Positions 27,864 through 37,580 of a stretch of DNA of 64,000 nucleotides are shown here, one piece after another. Origin of the DNA: an uncultured Solirubrobacterales bacterium (GTDB taxonomy: Bacteria; Actinomycetota; Thermoleophilia; Solirubrobacterales; JBBDJG01); contig CAWFMD010000001.1 of the NCBI GenBank assembly GCA_963816975.1, forward strand, positions 223,479-287,478. Reading direction: 5' to 3'. Made by a program: the position numbers and the translations under genes. The notes under the pieces were generated by a model. It ran no database searches and had not been told where the DNA came from. It worked only from the letters and a program-made list of their open reading frames with translations. Position 1 is the stretch's first letter; the number at the start of each line of letters is the position of its first letter.

Positions 27864-28792
27864 GCGGGGGTCGCGAGATCGAGCGGCGGGCCATCGACAT
27901 GTGGGCGCCGATCGTCCCCGTTCCGGAAGTGATCAGCCACGTCGCTCGTCACTTCCCGAAGGAGATGGCCGGGTACCTCCGCGTTTTCTACAAGCGCGAG
28001 CCCGCCAAGGAGGAGTTCTCGAACGCGGCCGCTCGCATGCAGATGAGCGAGGACGACCTGATCGCTGCGCTCGATGCCGCCGGCATCGAGCGCACGCTGA
28101 TCACCGGCTTCGACGAGTACTCCAGTGTGCACGAGACGTTCATTCCGAACGACATCGTGGCGGCGCTCGCCGAGCGGCACCCGCACCGGTTCATCCCGTT
28201 CGCGGGCGCCGATGTCCTGCGGGGGATGGAAGCGGTGCGTGAATTCGAGGAGCTGGTGCGCGACCGTGGCTTTCGCGGCCTGAGCGTGCGACCGTTCATG
28301 ATCGGGCTCCCCGCGGACGACCGCCGTTACTACCCGCTGTACGCGAAGTGCGTGGAGCTGGACGTGCCGGTCAGCATTCACAGCTCCGCGAACTGGACGA
28401 CGGTGGCCGTCAGCGACCTGGGCCACCCGCGCCACATCGACGTGGTCGCCGCCGACTTCCCCGAGCTGACGCTGGTCATGAGCCACGCCGGGTATCCCTG
28501 GGTGCTCGAAGCTTGCCTGCTGGCGTGGAAGTACCCCAACGTGTACCTCGAGCTGGCTGCCCACCGTCCGCGCTACCTGGCTGCGCCCGGCACCGGCTGG
28601 GAGCCACTGCTGCGGTTCGGCACCACCACGATCAAGCAGAAGGTGCTGTTCGGGACTGGATGGTTCCTGCTGGGCAGGCCGCCTGGGCAGGTCGTCGACG
28701 AGTTCCTGCAGCTGCCCGTCCCCGACGACGTGATGGAGATGTGGCTGTGGCGCAACGCGGACGCGCTGCTCGGCGCAGCGGTCCCGGCTTGA
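27860..28792 (+). CDS. Amidohydrolase_2-type TIM-barrel hydrolase family protein
   Basis: AIDMWAP first strand, HSSANW, MSHAGYPW, LFGTGW. GTG 27860 overlaps the padR stop (GTGA) with GGAG upstream. ATG 27803 is an alternative start. Confidence 0.75.
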   Translation: MSGGREIERRAIDMWAPIVPVPEVISHVARHFPKEMAGYLRVFYKREPAKEEFSNAAARMQMSEDDLIAALDAAGIERTLITGFDEYSSVHETFIPNDIVAALAERHPHRFIPFAGADVLRGMEAVREFEELVRDRGFRGLSVRPFMIGLPADDRRYYPLYAKCVELDVPVSIHSSANWTTVAVSDLGHPRHIDVVAADFPELTLVMSHAGYPWVLEACLLAWKYPNVYLELAAHRPRYLAAPGTGWEPLLRFGTTTIKQKVLFGTGWFLLGRPPGQVVDEFLQLPVPDDVMEMWLWRNADALLGAAVPA

Positions 28793-28793
28793 G

Positions 28794-29819
28794 CTAGAAG
28801 AGGGTCGCCTGGCGCTGAGGCGGCTCTGACGTGGGTGCGCCGTGCTCGCGAGCGCGGCCGCGTGCGATGCTCGGACGCGCCCGAGCTTGGCGCGGGCGCG
28901 CCCGGTCCGCGACCCGCTGGAGACGCTCGCGCTCGTCGCGGGGAACGTAGGCGCGACGCTCGTACAGCGCCTCGTACCGGGGAACGAGATCCGGCCGGTA
29001 CGCACGCAGCCACTCGAACCAGATGCCGCGCACCTCGCCACGCAGGTGCAGTGGCGCCGTGGCCATGCTGATCGCCCCGTTCTCGCTCGCGATCCGCATG
29101 ATCTCGCCGACCTGCTCGGGGGAGTCGTTCACGCCCGGAATCAGCGGGGCGATCAGGACTCCGGACGGCACGCCGGCCTCGTTCATCCTGCGGACCGCGG
29201 CGAGGCGCGCGCGCGGGGAGGGGGTGTGGGGCTCCGTCTCACGCCACGTCCGCTCGTCCAGCGTGGGCACGGAGAAGTAGACGGACACCCCCGGGCCGGC
29301 AGCCAGCTCGCGGAGCACGTCGATGTCGCGCAGCGCGAGCGGTGACTTCGTGACGAGCGAGCAAGGCGTGTCCGAGTCGAGCAGCGCCGCCCAGATGCCC
29401 GGCATCAGCTTGTAGCGGCTCTCGACCCACTGATATGGGTCGGTGTTGGTGCCAAGCGCAACGTGCTCGTGCCGCCACGACGGGCGTGACAGCTCGGCCC
29501 GCGCGACCTCGGGCAAGTTGACCTTCACGACGATCTCGCGCTCGAAGTCGCGCCCCGCGTTCAGGTCGAGGTAGGTGTGGGTGGGGCGAGCGAAGCAGTA
29601 AGCGCAGGCGTGACTGCATCCCCGGTAAGGATTGATGGTCCACCGGAACGGCATCCGGGAGCTCTTGGGAACGCGGTTCAGCGCGGATTTCGCGCGTACC
29701 TCGTGAAAGCGGACGTCCAGCGCCTCGGGGGCGTCGAAGGTGCGGACAACGGCGTCCGCTCCCAATCGCGGGAGCGAACGCGCGCTCTCCTTGCCGACTT
29801 CCAGGTGCTGCCACCGCAC
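28794..29819 (-). CDS. Radical SAM protein (Rv2578c-like)
   Basis: CSHACAYC matches CxxxCxxC. GTG 29819 gives the N-terminus VRWQHLEV. The longer upstream ORF has junk composition. Confidence 0.85.
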   Translation of the reverse strand: MRWQHLEVGKESARSLPRLGADAVVRTFDAPEALDVRFHEVRAKSALNRVPKSSRMPFRWTINPYRGCSHACAYCFARPTHTYLDLNAGRDFEREIVVKVNLPEVARAELSRPSWRHEHVALGTNTDPYQWVESRYKLMPGIWAALLDSDTPCSLVTKSPLALRDIDVLRELAAGPGVSVYFSVPTLDERTWRETEPHTPSPRARLAAVRRMNEAGVPSGVLIAPLIPGVNDSPEQVGEIMRIASENGAISMATAPLHLRGEVRGIWFEWLRAYRPDLVPRYEALYERRAYVPRDERERLQRVADRARPRQARARPSIARGRAREHGAPTSEPPQRQATLF

Positions 29820-29887
29820 GAACACATGTTCGCATATCCGGCGGATGCCCGCCGCGCACCCTGGCGCGTGGGCGCGCCCAGGGCCGG

Positions 29888-30475
29888 CTACGACCGTGCG
29901 GCGTCGGGTGTGAGGCCCAGCTCGCCGGCGCGCTCGGCGAGCGCGTCGATCACGAACTGGACGTGCTCGTCGAAGCTCATGCCCGACTCGGGCTCGAGCT
30001 CCGCGGCGCCCTCGTACACGTCCTCGCGGTGGACCCCGGCGGCAAAGCTCGGCTGCTTCAGCTTCTTCTTGACCGACTTGGTCTTCAGGCCGTGGATCCC
30101 CTCCGGGCGCACGTACGCGCACGCGGCGATGAAGCCCGACAGCTCGTCGCACGCGAACAGCGTCTTGTCGAGCAGGCTCACGCGGGGCACCCCCAGCCGC
30201 TCGGCGTGGGCCTGGACCGCGTGCACGACCTCTTCTGGGTAATCGCGGCGCCGCAACTCCTCGATCGCCATGCGCGGGTGCCCGGTCTCGAGGTCGGGAT
30301 AGCGCTCGTAGTCCATGTCGTGCACGAGGCCCGCGATCCCCCAGCTCTCCTCGTCTGCGCCGAACCTCCGGGCGTACGCGCGCACCGCGCTCTCGACCGC
30401 GAGCATGTGCTTGCGCAGCGAGTCGGACTCCGTCCATTCGCAGACGAGCTGCCAGGCCTCTGCGCGAGTGGGCAC
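29888..30475 (-). CDS. HD-domain phosphohydrolase
   Basis: H...HD (GLVHDMDY) and downstream His residues. GTG start. Confidence 0.85.
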   Translation of the reverse strand: MPTRAEAWQLVCEWTESDSLRKHMLAVESAVRAYARRFGADEESWGIAGLVHDMDYERYPDLETGHPRMAIEELRRRDYPEEVVHAVQAHAERLGVPRVSLLDKTLFACDELSGFIAACAYVRPEGIHGLKTKSVKKKLKQPSFAAGVHREDVYEGAAELEPESGMSFDEHVQFVIDALAERAGELGLTPDAARS

Positions 30476-30606
30476 GGCCGCAGTGTATGGCGTGGGCGAA
30501 GCCCGGGGTTACATCGGCGGATTGGGGCTCCTTGCAGGGGGGTAAGGGAGCAGGGCACCCACTCTCGGGTGCTCAACCACGAAGACGAAGCAAGGAGGGA
30601 TCGGCC

Positions 30607-30759
30607 TTGATCGGCGTAATCATTGCGGTGTTGTTCGCCGCCCTTGTCTACGCGCTGTGCCTCGCGCTCGGCCTCCCCGCGATCGTCGGCCTGATCGCCG
30701 CGATCCTGGTGTTGCTGGCCGGCATCCCCACGGGCGGGTACGGAATCGGCAGACGATGA
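30607..30759 (+). CDS. Small two-helix membrane protein (50 aa)
   Basis: A strong RBS AAGGAGGGA lies 6 nt upstream of the TTG. The sequence is hydrophobic and a perfect hairpin follows. Confidence 0.55.
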   Translation: MIGVIIAVLFAALVYALCLALGLPAIVGLIAAILVLLAGIPTGGYGIGRR

Positions 30760-30774
30760 CGAGCTGAGCGACGT

Positions 30775-30800
30775 GTCCGGTCGCCGCGCGGCGACCGGAC
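30775..30800 (+). terminator. Hairpin terminator candidate
   Basis: gtccggtcgcc-gcgc-ggcgaccggac forms a perfect 11-bp stem. There is no U-tract. Confidence 0.45.
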
Positions 30801-30859
30801 CTCGCTCGCTCCGTGACCTCTCGCTCTAGAATCCGCGCGGCGCTCAGGCGCCCGCACAG

Positions 30860-31831
30860 ATGTCAGGCGAGACCTCAGATGAGCTGCTCCAGCGGGTCCG
30901 CGGCGGGGAGCTGGACGCCCGCCGCATCCTGCTGACCCCCGACATCGCACCCGGCGCAGCCGGCCTGCCGCTCGCGGCGCTGCTCGCGGCCGCGCCGTCG
31001 GTCGGCGAGCTGGGGGAGGGGGCCTGGGCCCGCCTCGAGTCCGATCCGGGTGCGCGAATCGGCGATCTCGACCCTGACCGCCGGGCCTGGATCGCCGATC
31101 TGCTCGACTTCTGGCGGACCGCTCCGCGCGACGTCTCCCGGGTCACCGCTCCGCAGGACGGCATGTACGCGAAGACGCCGGACCGGTACTTTCCGACGGG
31201 CGCGCTGGCGCTGCGCCAGGTGCGCCTCGCGATGCTCCAGGCCCGCAAGCCGACCTGCGAGAGCATCCTCGACTTCGCCTGTGGCTACGGGCGCGCGATG
31301 CGGTTCTTCCGCGCTGCCTTTCCCGACGCAAAGCTGACCGCCTGCGACATCACGCCCGACGCGGTCGACTTCTGCGCGCAGGAGTTCGACGCGACCCCCG
31401 TCTACTCGCAGGAGGACCCGGCCGCCATCGACCTGCCCGGCCCGTTCGACGTGATCTGGGTCGGCTCCCTGTTCACGCACGTGCCGCAGGACCGCTGGAT
31501 CGGGTTCCTCGACCTGCTCGAGTCGGTGCTCGCGGAGCAGGGGCTGCTGGTGTTCACCGTGCAGGGCCGCCACGTCCGGCAGCAGCTCTTGTCGGGCGAG
31601 CTCGCGTGGGACCTCGGCGACGCGGAGGTCGAACAGATCGTGCGCGGCTTCGACGAGACCGGTTACGGCTACGCCGACTGGTCGGGCGCCAGTGGCTACG
31701 GCACGTCGCTGAACCGGCCGTCATGGGTGTGCGCACAGGTCGAGGATCGGCCCGGGCTGCGCCTGGTCGGCTATCGCGAGACCGGATGGGGACGCCAGGA
31801 CGTGGTCACCTGCGAGGGGACACGGGGGTGA
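30860..31831 (+). CDS. Class I SAM-dependent methyltransferase
   Basis: Motif I ILDFACGYG, then DVIWVGSLFTH. Confidence 0.8.
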   Translation: MSGETSDELLQRVRGGELDARRILLTPDIAPGAAGLPLAALLAAAPSVGELGEGAWARLESDPGARIGDLDPDRRAWIADLLDFWRTAPRDVSRVTAPQDGMYAKTPDRYFPTGALALRQVRLAMLQARKPTCESILDFACGYGRAMRFFRAAFPDAKLTACDITPDAVDFCAQEFDATPVYSQEDPAAIDLPGPFDVIWVGSLFTHVPQDRWIGFLDLLESVLAEQGLLVFTVQGRHVRQQLLSGELAWDLGDAEVEQIVRGFDETGYGYADWSGASGYGTSLNRPSWVCAQVEDRPGLRLVGYRETGWGRQDVVTCEGTRG

Positions 31832-32265
31832 GCCAGGGCACCCCGCCCGTGGCGGGAGTGTCCGAGCTCGTGCTCGAGGTATCGGACCTCGCGCGCGCGG
31901 AGACCTTCTACACCCGCGACCTCGGCCTGCCGGTGGTCGAGCGCTGGCCCCACCGCGACGCGGTCTGGGTGCGCGCCGGCATGACGCGGATCGGCCTCTG
32001 GCGGCCGCAGGTGGGGCTCGAAGGAAGCCGGGGCGGGACCCATGTGCACTTCGCGATGCAGATTCGCGACGTCGACTTCGACGCCAAGGTCGCGGCGCTG
32101 CGGGCAAACGGGCACGAGGTTCCGGTGCACGAGTTCGGCCCGCTCGGGAACGGCGCGGCCAACAGCCGTTCGGCATACGTCCACGACCCGGACGGCCATC
32201 TGGTGGAGTTCTGGACCGCCGCGATGGACGACTACGGCGAGGCCACCGCGCCGGCCCCCGCCTGA
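31828..32265 (+). CDS. VOC/glyoxalase-family protein
   Basis: GTG overlaps the upstream stop (GTGA). Motifs VSELVLEVSDL...FY, HVHFA and DPDGHLVEF. Confidence 0.8.
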   Translation: MSQGTPPVAGVSELVLEVSDLARAETFYTRDLGLPVVERWPHRDAVWVRAGMTRIGLWRPQVGLEGSRGGTHVHFAMQIRDVDFDAKVAALRANGHEVPVHEFGPLGNGAANSRSAYVHDPDGHLVEFWTAAMDDYGEATAPAPA

Positions 32266-32329
32266 GTGCGCGGATCGCTGCATCTTCCGGTCAGCTGCGC
32301 GGTGACCCGCGTTCGCCCCTACGCTGGAG

Positions 32330-32929
32330 GTGGTGGATTACGAGATCTTCGAGGCGATCAACGGGCTCGCCGCCCGCAATGACGTCTTCGAGGATTGGCT
32401 CCGGTTCTTCTCGATCCATGCGGAGCTGATCTTCGGCGTCTTCTTGGCCGCCGCATTCCTGGCGCGCGGGCGCTGGCGCTCCGTCAATGCCAGGCACGGT
32501 GTCGTGGCGGCCGCGCTCGCCAGCATCGTCGCGCTGGAGATCGCGCAGCTGATCTCCGGCTTTTGGGACCGGCCCCGGCCCTATGAGGCTCACCTGGAGG
32601 CACACCTCTTCGTCGCGGCGTCTCCGGACCCGTCGTTTCCGAGCGACCACGCCACCGTGGCGTTCGCGATCGCGATCTCGATCCTGCTCCGGAGCAGGCG
32701 GCTTGGCCTCGTCACCCTCGCGATGGCGATCGTGGTCGGGCTTTCTCGCGTGGTCGTCGGCACGCACTACCCCAGCGATGTCGCGGCCGGCGCGGTGCTC
32801 GGAACGTCTGCCGCGCTGCTGATGTGGTGGCCGCCGATCCGGGGCCGGCTGCGGTGGCTCTCGCTGCGGCTCTCGGCGCTCTACGACGGCGTCGCCCAGT
32901 GGCTCTCCGGGCGCTTCGTCCAGACGTAG
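32330..32929 (+). CDS. PAP2-family phosphatase (membrane)
   Basis: RPRP, PSDH and SRVVVGTHYPSDV motifs. GGAGG precedes the GTG. Confidence 0.85.
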   Translation: MVDYEIFEAINGLAARNDVFEDWLRFFSIHAELIFGVFLAAAFLARGRWRSVNARHGVVAAALASIVALEIAQLISGFWDRPRPYEAHLEAHLFVAASPDPSFPSDHATVAFAIAISILLRSRRLGLVTLAMAIVVGLSRVVVGTHYPSDVAAGAVLGTSAALLMWWPPIRGRLRWLSLRLSALYDGVAQWLSGRFVQT

Positions 32930-32935
32930 CCGGCT

Positions 32936-33442
32936 TCAGGCCGACCCAGCCTCGCCGGGAAGCTCCGACAAGAGGTCGAGCAGGTCGAGCGGCAGCGTCG
33001 CCATCTCCACCTGGCCGTTGGCGTGCGGCCACACCGCGGGGTCCCGGTCCCAATAGATCTCGATGCCGTTGCCATCCGGGTCATGGAGGTACAGCGCCTC
33101 GCTGACGAGATGGTCTGAGGCGCCCGACAGCGGCCAGCCCACCTCGCGCAGCCGCAACAGCGCCTCGGCCAGGTGGCGGCGCGTGGGCACGCGGATCGCG
33201 AAGTGGAACAGCCCGGTGGTGCCCGGCGGGGGAGGGGAGCCGCCCTCGCTTTGCCATGTGTTCAGCCCCAGGTGATGGTGGTAGTCACCCGCCGCGAGGA
33301 ACACCGCTTCCGTGCCGTAGCGTGCCCGCACGCGGAAGCCGATCACGTCGACGTAGAAGCGCTCGGCCCGCTCGAGGTTCGACACCTTCAGGTGAACGTG
33401 TCCGATGTCCGTGCGTGGATCGAGGGGGGATGCGGGGCTCAT
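32936..33442 (-). CDS. VOC-family protein (extradiol dioxygenase/glyoxalase fold)
   Basis: IGHVHLKVSNLERAERFY, HHHLGLN and YLHDPDGNGIEIY. The ATG overlaps the AKR stop (ATGA). Confidence 0.85.
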   Translation of the reverse strand: MSPASPLDPRTDIGHVHLKVSNLERAERFYVDVIGFRVRARYGTEAVFLAAGDYHHHLGLNTWQSEGGSPPPPGTTGLFHFAIRVPTRRHLAEALLRLREVGWPLSGASDHLVSEALYLHDPDGNGIEIYWDRDPAVWPHANGQVEMATLPLDLLDLLSELPGEAGSA

Positions 33443-34302
33443 GCAGCTTCCTCGAGCGTTGCCAGGTCGTCCGCGTCGAGTCGCAACGCAGCCGCCGCGA
33501 CGTTCTCGTCGAGATGCGCGATCGAGGAGGTTCCCGGGATCGGCAGCGCGGCTGGAGAATGCGCGAGCAGCCACGCCAGCGCGACCTGCATCGGGGTCGC
33601 GCTGTGCCGTCCGGCCACGTCTGCGATCGCGTCGCGGGCGACGCTGCCCGCGTCGAGCGGGAACCAGGGGATGAAGGCGAGGCCCTCCTGCTCGCACTGC
33701 TTCAGGACCCCCTCCGAGTCGCGAGCCGTGATGCTGTAGCGGTTCTGGATCGACACGATCGGGACGATCTCGCGCGCGGTGTCGAGGTGGCTGCGCCCGA
33801 CATTGGACAGGCCGACGTGCCGGATCTTGCCCTCGTCGCGCAGCTCGGAGAGCGCGCCCACGGACTCCTCGAACGGCACCTTCGGGTCCGGGGTGTGCAG
33901 CTGGTAGAGGTCGATCGTGTCGCGCCGCAGGCGCCGCAGGCTCTGCTCGCAGCATTTCTTGAGGCGCTCGGGGCGGCAATCGGGCTGCCAGTTGCCGGGC
34001 CCGGGACGGGTCAGCCCGCCCTTGGTCGCGACCACGAGGTCCGCGGGGTAGGGGTGCAGCGCCTCCGCGATCAGCTGCTCGCTCACGTCGGGGCCGTAGG
34101 AGTCGGCGGTGTCGATGAAGTTGATGCCGAGCTCGACGACGCGCCGCAGCACGGCGATCGCGCCGTCGCGGTCGTCGGGCTCTCCCCAGATGCCGTCGCC
34201 GGTGATGCGCATCGCGCCGTAGCCCATGCGCCACACCGGCATGTCGCCGCCGAGCGTCAGCTGACCCGCTGCGCTGGCGGTCGATCCGTTGGACGAGGCC
34301 AC
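33439..34302 (-). CDS. Aldo/keto reductase
   Basis: GINFIDTADSYG, LYQLH and IRHVGLSN. Confidence 0.9.
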   Translation of the reverse strand: MASSNGSTASAAGQLTLGGDMPVWRMGYGAMRITGDGIWGEPDDRDGAIAVLRRVVELGINFIDTADSYGPDVSEQLIAEALHPYPADLVVATKGGLTRPGPGNWQPDCRPERLKKCCEQSLRRLRRDTIDLYQLHTPDPKVPFEESVGALSELRDEGKIRHVGLSNVGRSHLDTAREIVPIVSIQNRYSITARDSEGVLKQCEQEGLAFIPWFPLDAGSVARDAIADVAGRHSATPMQVALAWLLAHSPAALPIPGTSSIAHLDENVAAAALRLDADDLATLEEAA

Positions 34303-34305
34303 GGC

Positions 34306-34944
34306 CTAGCCGCCCCGCTTCATCGGCACCGTGTTCCCCTCGGGAGGAATCGGGTTCTCCTTCAGGATGCGGGCCATGTGCACGACGTTGTGGGCCATCC
34401 ATCCGGCCGTCTTCTGCGTGTACGGATGGTCCTTGCCGCCGGCCTCGATGAACGACGGCCCGGGGCCCGCGTCACCGACCCAGTAGGTGTCCGCGTTCGG
34501 CGGGATCGTGAAGCCCAGGTGGGAGAGGTTGAAGAGCGTCGTCTCGGCGGCCGGGTGGGCGCCGTCCTCGTTGCCGGTCACGACCACGCCGGCGACCTTG
34601 TTGTACATCGGGTACTGCCCGACGTCGTTGGTCGACTCGTAGGTGCCGTCGAGCCGCTCGATCACCATCTGGCAGACGCTGTTGCGCACGCCGAACCAGA
34701 TCGAAGTGCCGATGATCAGGATGTCGGCCTGCTCGATCCGCTCCAGGATCCCCGGCCATTCGTCGCCGTCGCCCATGTCCGAGACGACGCCGAACGGCAC
34801 GTTGTAGTCGACGGGCCTGATCACGTCGCACTCCACGTCGAGGTCCTCCAGGTGCCCGATCACGATGTCCATCAGCGCCTGGGTGTTGGACACCGCGGGC
34901 GACTTCTTCAGCGTGCAGTTCAGCAGCACGGCCTTCAGCTTCAT
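34306..34944 (-). CDS. Flavodoxin-like NAD(P)H-dependent FMN reductase family protein
   Basis: MKLKAVLLNCTLKKSP...ADILIIGTSIWFG shows the flavodoxin-fold pattern. Confidence 0.8.
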   Translation of the reverse strand: MKLKAVLLNCTLKKSPAVSNTQALMDIVIGHLEDLDVECDVIRPVDYNVPFGVVSDMGDGDEWPGILERIEQADILIIGTSIWFGVRNSVCQMVIERLDGTYESTNDVGQYPMYNKVAGVVVTGNEDGAHPAAETTLFNLSHLGFTIPPNADTYWVGDAGPGPSFIEAGGKDHPYTQKTAGWMAHNVVHMARILKENPIPPEGNTVPMKRGG

Positions 34945-34954
34945 GCTTCTCCTC

Positions 34955-35653
34955 TCAAGAGATGACGGCGGCCTGCTCGATCCGCCGCACCAAGGTCTCG
35001 ACTGTGTCGCCGAGCGTTACGGTCATGCGCTCGCGCACCTGCAGAGCGTAGGCGTCGGCGTCGTAGCCCACCCGGCGCAGCTCGAACTCCCGGCCGCCGT
35101 GCCACAGTGCGTAGGCGGCGCGGCGATCGCCGTCGAAGGGCAGCCCCACGCTGCCGGGGTTGACGAGCAGCCGTCCGCCCTCGGCCGCGCGCGAGAACTG
35201 GACGTGACTGTGGCCGAAGATCACGACCTCCGCGTCGGTATGGGCGAGTAGCTCGTGGTCGCCGCCGGTCGGCTCGGGCATGAAGGTCAGCACGTCGCTG
35301 TGCGGCGATGCGTGGCACACGCAGGCACCGTCGATCTCGACCTGCTCGGGGAGCCTGAACAGCTTTTCCGTGTCCTTCCCGCCGAGCGCGTCGCGGCAGT
35401 ACTCGATCGCGCGCAGCATCAGCTCGTCGTCCGGCGCGTCCGAGGGTTCCTCGAGCCAGCGCTCCGTGTTCCCCCTGATCCAATCCGCCTCGAGCTTGCC
35501 CAGCGCCTTGACGGTCTCATGGGGAAACGCGCCCGCAAGCGCGTAGTCGCCGCCCAGCACGAACTGCTCGGCGCCGGCCGCGCGCGCGTCTGCGACGACC
35601 GCCTCGAGCGCCGGGAGATTGCCGTGGATGTCGTAGAGCAGTGCGCGCATCAC
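34955..35653 (-). CDS. Metallophosphoesterase (YfcE/MJ0936-like)
   Basis: DIHGN, GGD, GNTE and GHSH motifs. Confidence 0.85.
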   Translation of the reverse strand: MMRALLYDIHGNLPALEAVVADARAAGAEQFVLGGDYALAGAFPHETVKALGKLEADWIRGNTERWLEEPSDAPDDELMLRAIEYCRDALGGKDTEKLFRLPEQVEIDGACVCHASPHSDVLTFMPEPTGGDHELLAHTDAEVVIFGHSHVQFSRAAEGGRLLVNPGSVGLPFDGDRRAAYALWHGGREFELRRVGYDADAYALQVRERMTVTLGDTVETLVRRIEQAAVIS

Positions 35654-35693
35654 AGAGACCCGTTCGCGGGCTCGCCCGCCAACGGCCTGTGCA

Positions 35694-36020
35694 CTAGTTC
35701 CGTTGCGAAGGATGCCCTTCGCCGGGCCAGGGGGCCAGCACCAGCACGAGGCGCGCGTCGGACGTCGCGCGCACCTCGTGGCGCTCGTTGGGCTCGGTGA
35801 GGGCGAGGAATCCGGGCCCGCCCGCGACCGGTGCGCCGCCCGCCTCGATCTCGACTTCGCCCTCGGTCACGAGGATCCAGGCCCGTTCGTGCACCTGGTG
35901 ATCCTGCAGCTCCTCGCCCGCGGGGAGGTTGATCACGATCGTCCTGCCCTCGTCGCCGGAGTGCAGCACCTGTGGTTGGTGCGGCTCCACGTCGATCGAG
36001 CGAGTGTCCCAAGCTTGCAC
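35694..36020 (-). CDS. Cupin-domain protein
   Basis: GTG 36020 follows RBS GAGGAGG. The beta-rich HQVHERAWILVTEGEVEI...HEV pattern is cupin-like. Confidence 0.7.
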   Translation of the reverse strand: MQAWDTRSIDVEPHQPQVLHSGDEGRTIVINLPAGEELQDHQVHERAWILVTEGEVEIEAGGAPVAGGPGFLALTEPNERHEVRATSDARLVLVLAPWPGEGHPSQRN

Positions 36021-36073
36021 GTGCTGCCTCCTCGCGTTCGCGGTCTGGTGGGGCGGTATGTAAGCATCACGGC

Positions 36074-36724
36074 ATGGCCGAGGCGATTTCCGCACCGGCC
36101 GGGCACGGTGGCGCAGACCCGGCATCGGATCTAGAGATCCGCGGACCACAGCTTTTGCTGCGCTATGCGCGGACCGCAGACGCCGGCGCGCTGTACCGGC
36201 TCGCGTCCGATCGGGAGGTCACGCAGTTCTTCTCATGGGGGCCGTACACCGACGAGAGCGAGGCCGCGACCTATGTGCGGAGCCTCGGGCGCAAGCGGGC
36301 CGAGGGTGAGCGGCTGGAGTTCGTGGTCGTCCATCCCGAGGACGGCGTGATCGGCGTCACGGGCCTGTCCGAGTTCTCGCTGCGCGACCGGCGCGCGGTG
36401 GTTGGCACGTGGCACGGTCGCGAGTGGTGGGGAACGGGCGCCAACCGCGCATCGAAGGCGCTCGTGCTGGCGCTCGCGTTCGCGGGGCTCGGGCTGGAGC
36501 GGGTGACGGCCTGGTGCGGCGACGACAACGGCCGCTCGCGGACGGCCCTCGAGCGCCTCGGCTTCGTGCACGAGGGCGTGCTGCGGCGCTGGCACGTCCA
36601 TCAGGGACATCCGAAGGACGTGATCAGCTACTCGATGCTGCGCTCGGAGTGGGAGGCGGGAGACCTCGCCCGCGAGCCGTTCGAGATCACCGGGGACATC
36701 CCGGTGCAGTTCCTGCCGCTGTAG
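36074..36724 (+). CDS. GNAT-family N-acetyltransferase
   Basis: Fold signature WWGTGANRASKALVLALAF...LERVTAWC...N..S...LERLGFVHEG. Confidence 0.85.
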   Translation: MAEAISAPAGHGGADPASDLEIRGPQLLLRYARTADAGALYRLASDREVTQFFSWGPYTDESEAATYVRSLGRKRAEGERLEFVVVHPEDGVIGVTGLSEFSLRDRRAVVGTWHGREWWGTGANRASKALVLALAFAGLGLERVTAWCGDDNGRSRTALERLGFVHEGVLRRWHVHQGHPKDVISYSMLRSEWEAGDLAREPFEITGDIPVQFLPL

Positions 36725-36730
36725 AACGGA

Positions 36731-37483
36731 TCAGACGCCGCTGCCGTGGCGGCCTTCGCCGGCAGCGAAGCGGGACGCGCCGCGGGCTGCGACCTCCATC
36801 ACGGCGCGGCCCTGCCGGTACTCGAACTCGAGCGCCTCGCGCCACGGCAGGCGGGAGCCCTCGAGCATCGCGCGGCGGTCGGCGAGCATCGTCTCCTGCG
36901 GGAACGCGGCGAGCCGCTCGGCCAGCGCGAGCGCGCGCTCGACGTGCTTGCCCGGCTGCACGATCTCGTTCACGAGGCCGATTTGCAACGCTTCTTGCAC
37001 GCCCACCGCGCGACCCGTGAGCGTCAGCTCGAGCGCGCGGCCCAGCCCTACGATCAGCGGCAGGCGCTGCGTGCCCCCGTCGATCAGAGGGACTCCCCAG
37101 CGCCGCTCGAACAGGCCGAAGGTGGAGTCCTCGGTGGCGATGCGCAGGTCGCACCACAGCGCGATCTCCATGCCGCCCGCCAGACACCACCCGCCGATCG
37201 CGGCGATCGTCGGCTTCGACGGTGTCACGCGCGTGAAGCCCATCGGCCCGTCGGGGTGGTCGATGTCGAGGTCCATCGCCTTCAGGTCCGCCCCCGCGCA
37301 GAACGCCTCGCCCGCTCCGGTCAGCACCAGCACGCGCGCGGCGTCGTCGCGCTCGAAGCGCGCCAGGCAGTCGCGCAGCAGCGCGGCCGTCTCGGCGTCG
37401 ACGGCGTTGCGGCGCGCCGGGCGGTCGATCGTGACCAGGGCGGCCGCGCCGGTGCGCGCGTAGTTGACTGGCGAGTCGGCCAT
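36731..37483 (-). CDS. Enoyl-CoA hydratase/isomerase (crotonase) family protein
   Basis: GAGEAFCAGADL and GGMEIALWCDLR. Confidence 0.9.
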   Translation of the reverse strand: MADSPVNYARTGAAALVTIDRPARRNAVDAETAALLRDCLARFERDDAARVLVLTGAGEAFCAGADLKAMDLDIDHPDGPMGFTRVTPSKPTIAAIGGWCLAGGMEIALWCDLRIATEDSTFGLFERRWGVPLIDGGTQRLPLIVGLGRALELTLTGRAVGVQEALQIGLVNEIVQPGKHVERALALAERLAAFPQETMLADRRAMLEGSRLPWREALEFEYRQGRAVMEVAARGASRFAAGEGRHGSGV

Positions 37484-37495
37484 CGGTCTCGGGAA

Positions 37496-37517
37496 CTTAA
37501 CGCAGACTTCACACAAC
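37496..37517 (+). promoter_or_regulatory. PHO-box-like direct repeats (2 units, 11-nt phase)
   Basis: CTTAACgcaga and CTTCACacaac lie 64-85 nt upstream of the 37581 ORF. Confidence 0.3.
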
Positions 37518-37580
37518 TCTTCCGGGTTTTCGTCGTTGCGTGTCTAACTTGTATGTGGAACTGCGATCAGAGGAGAAGCC

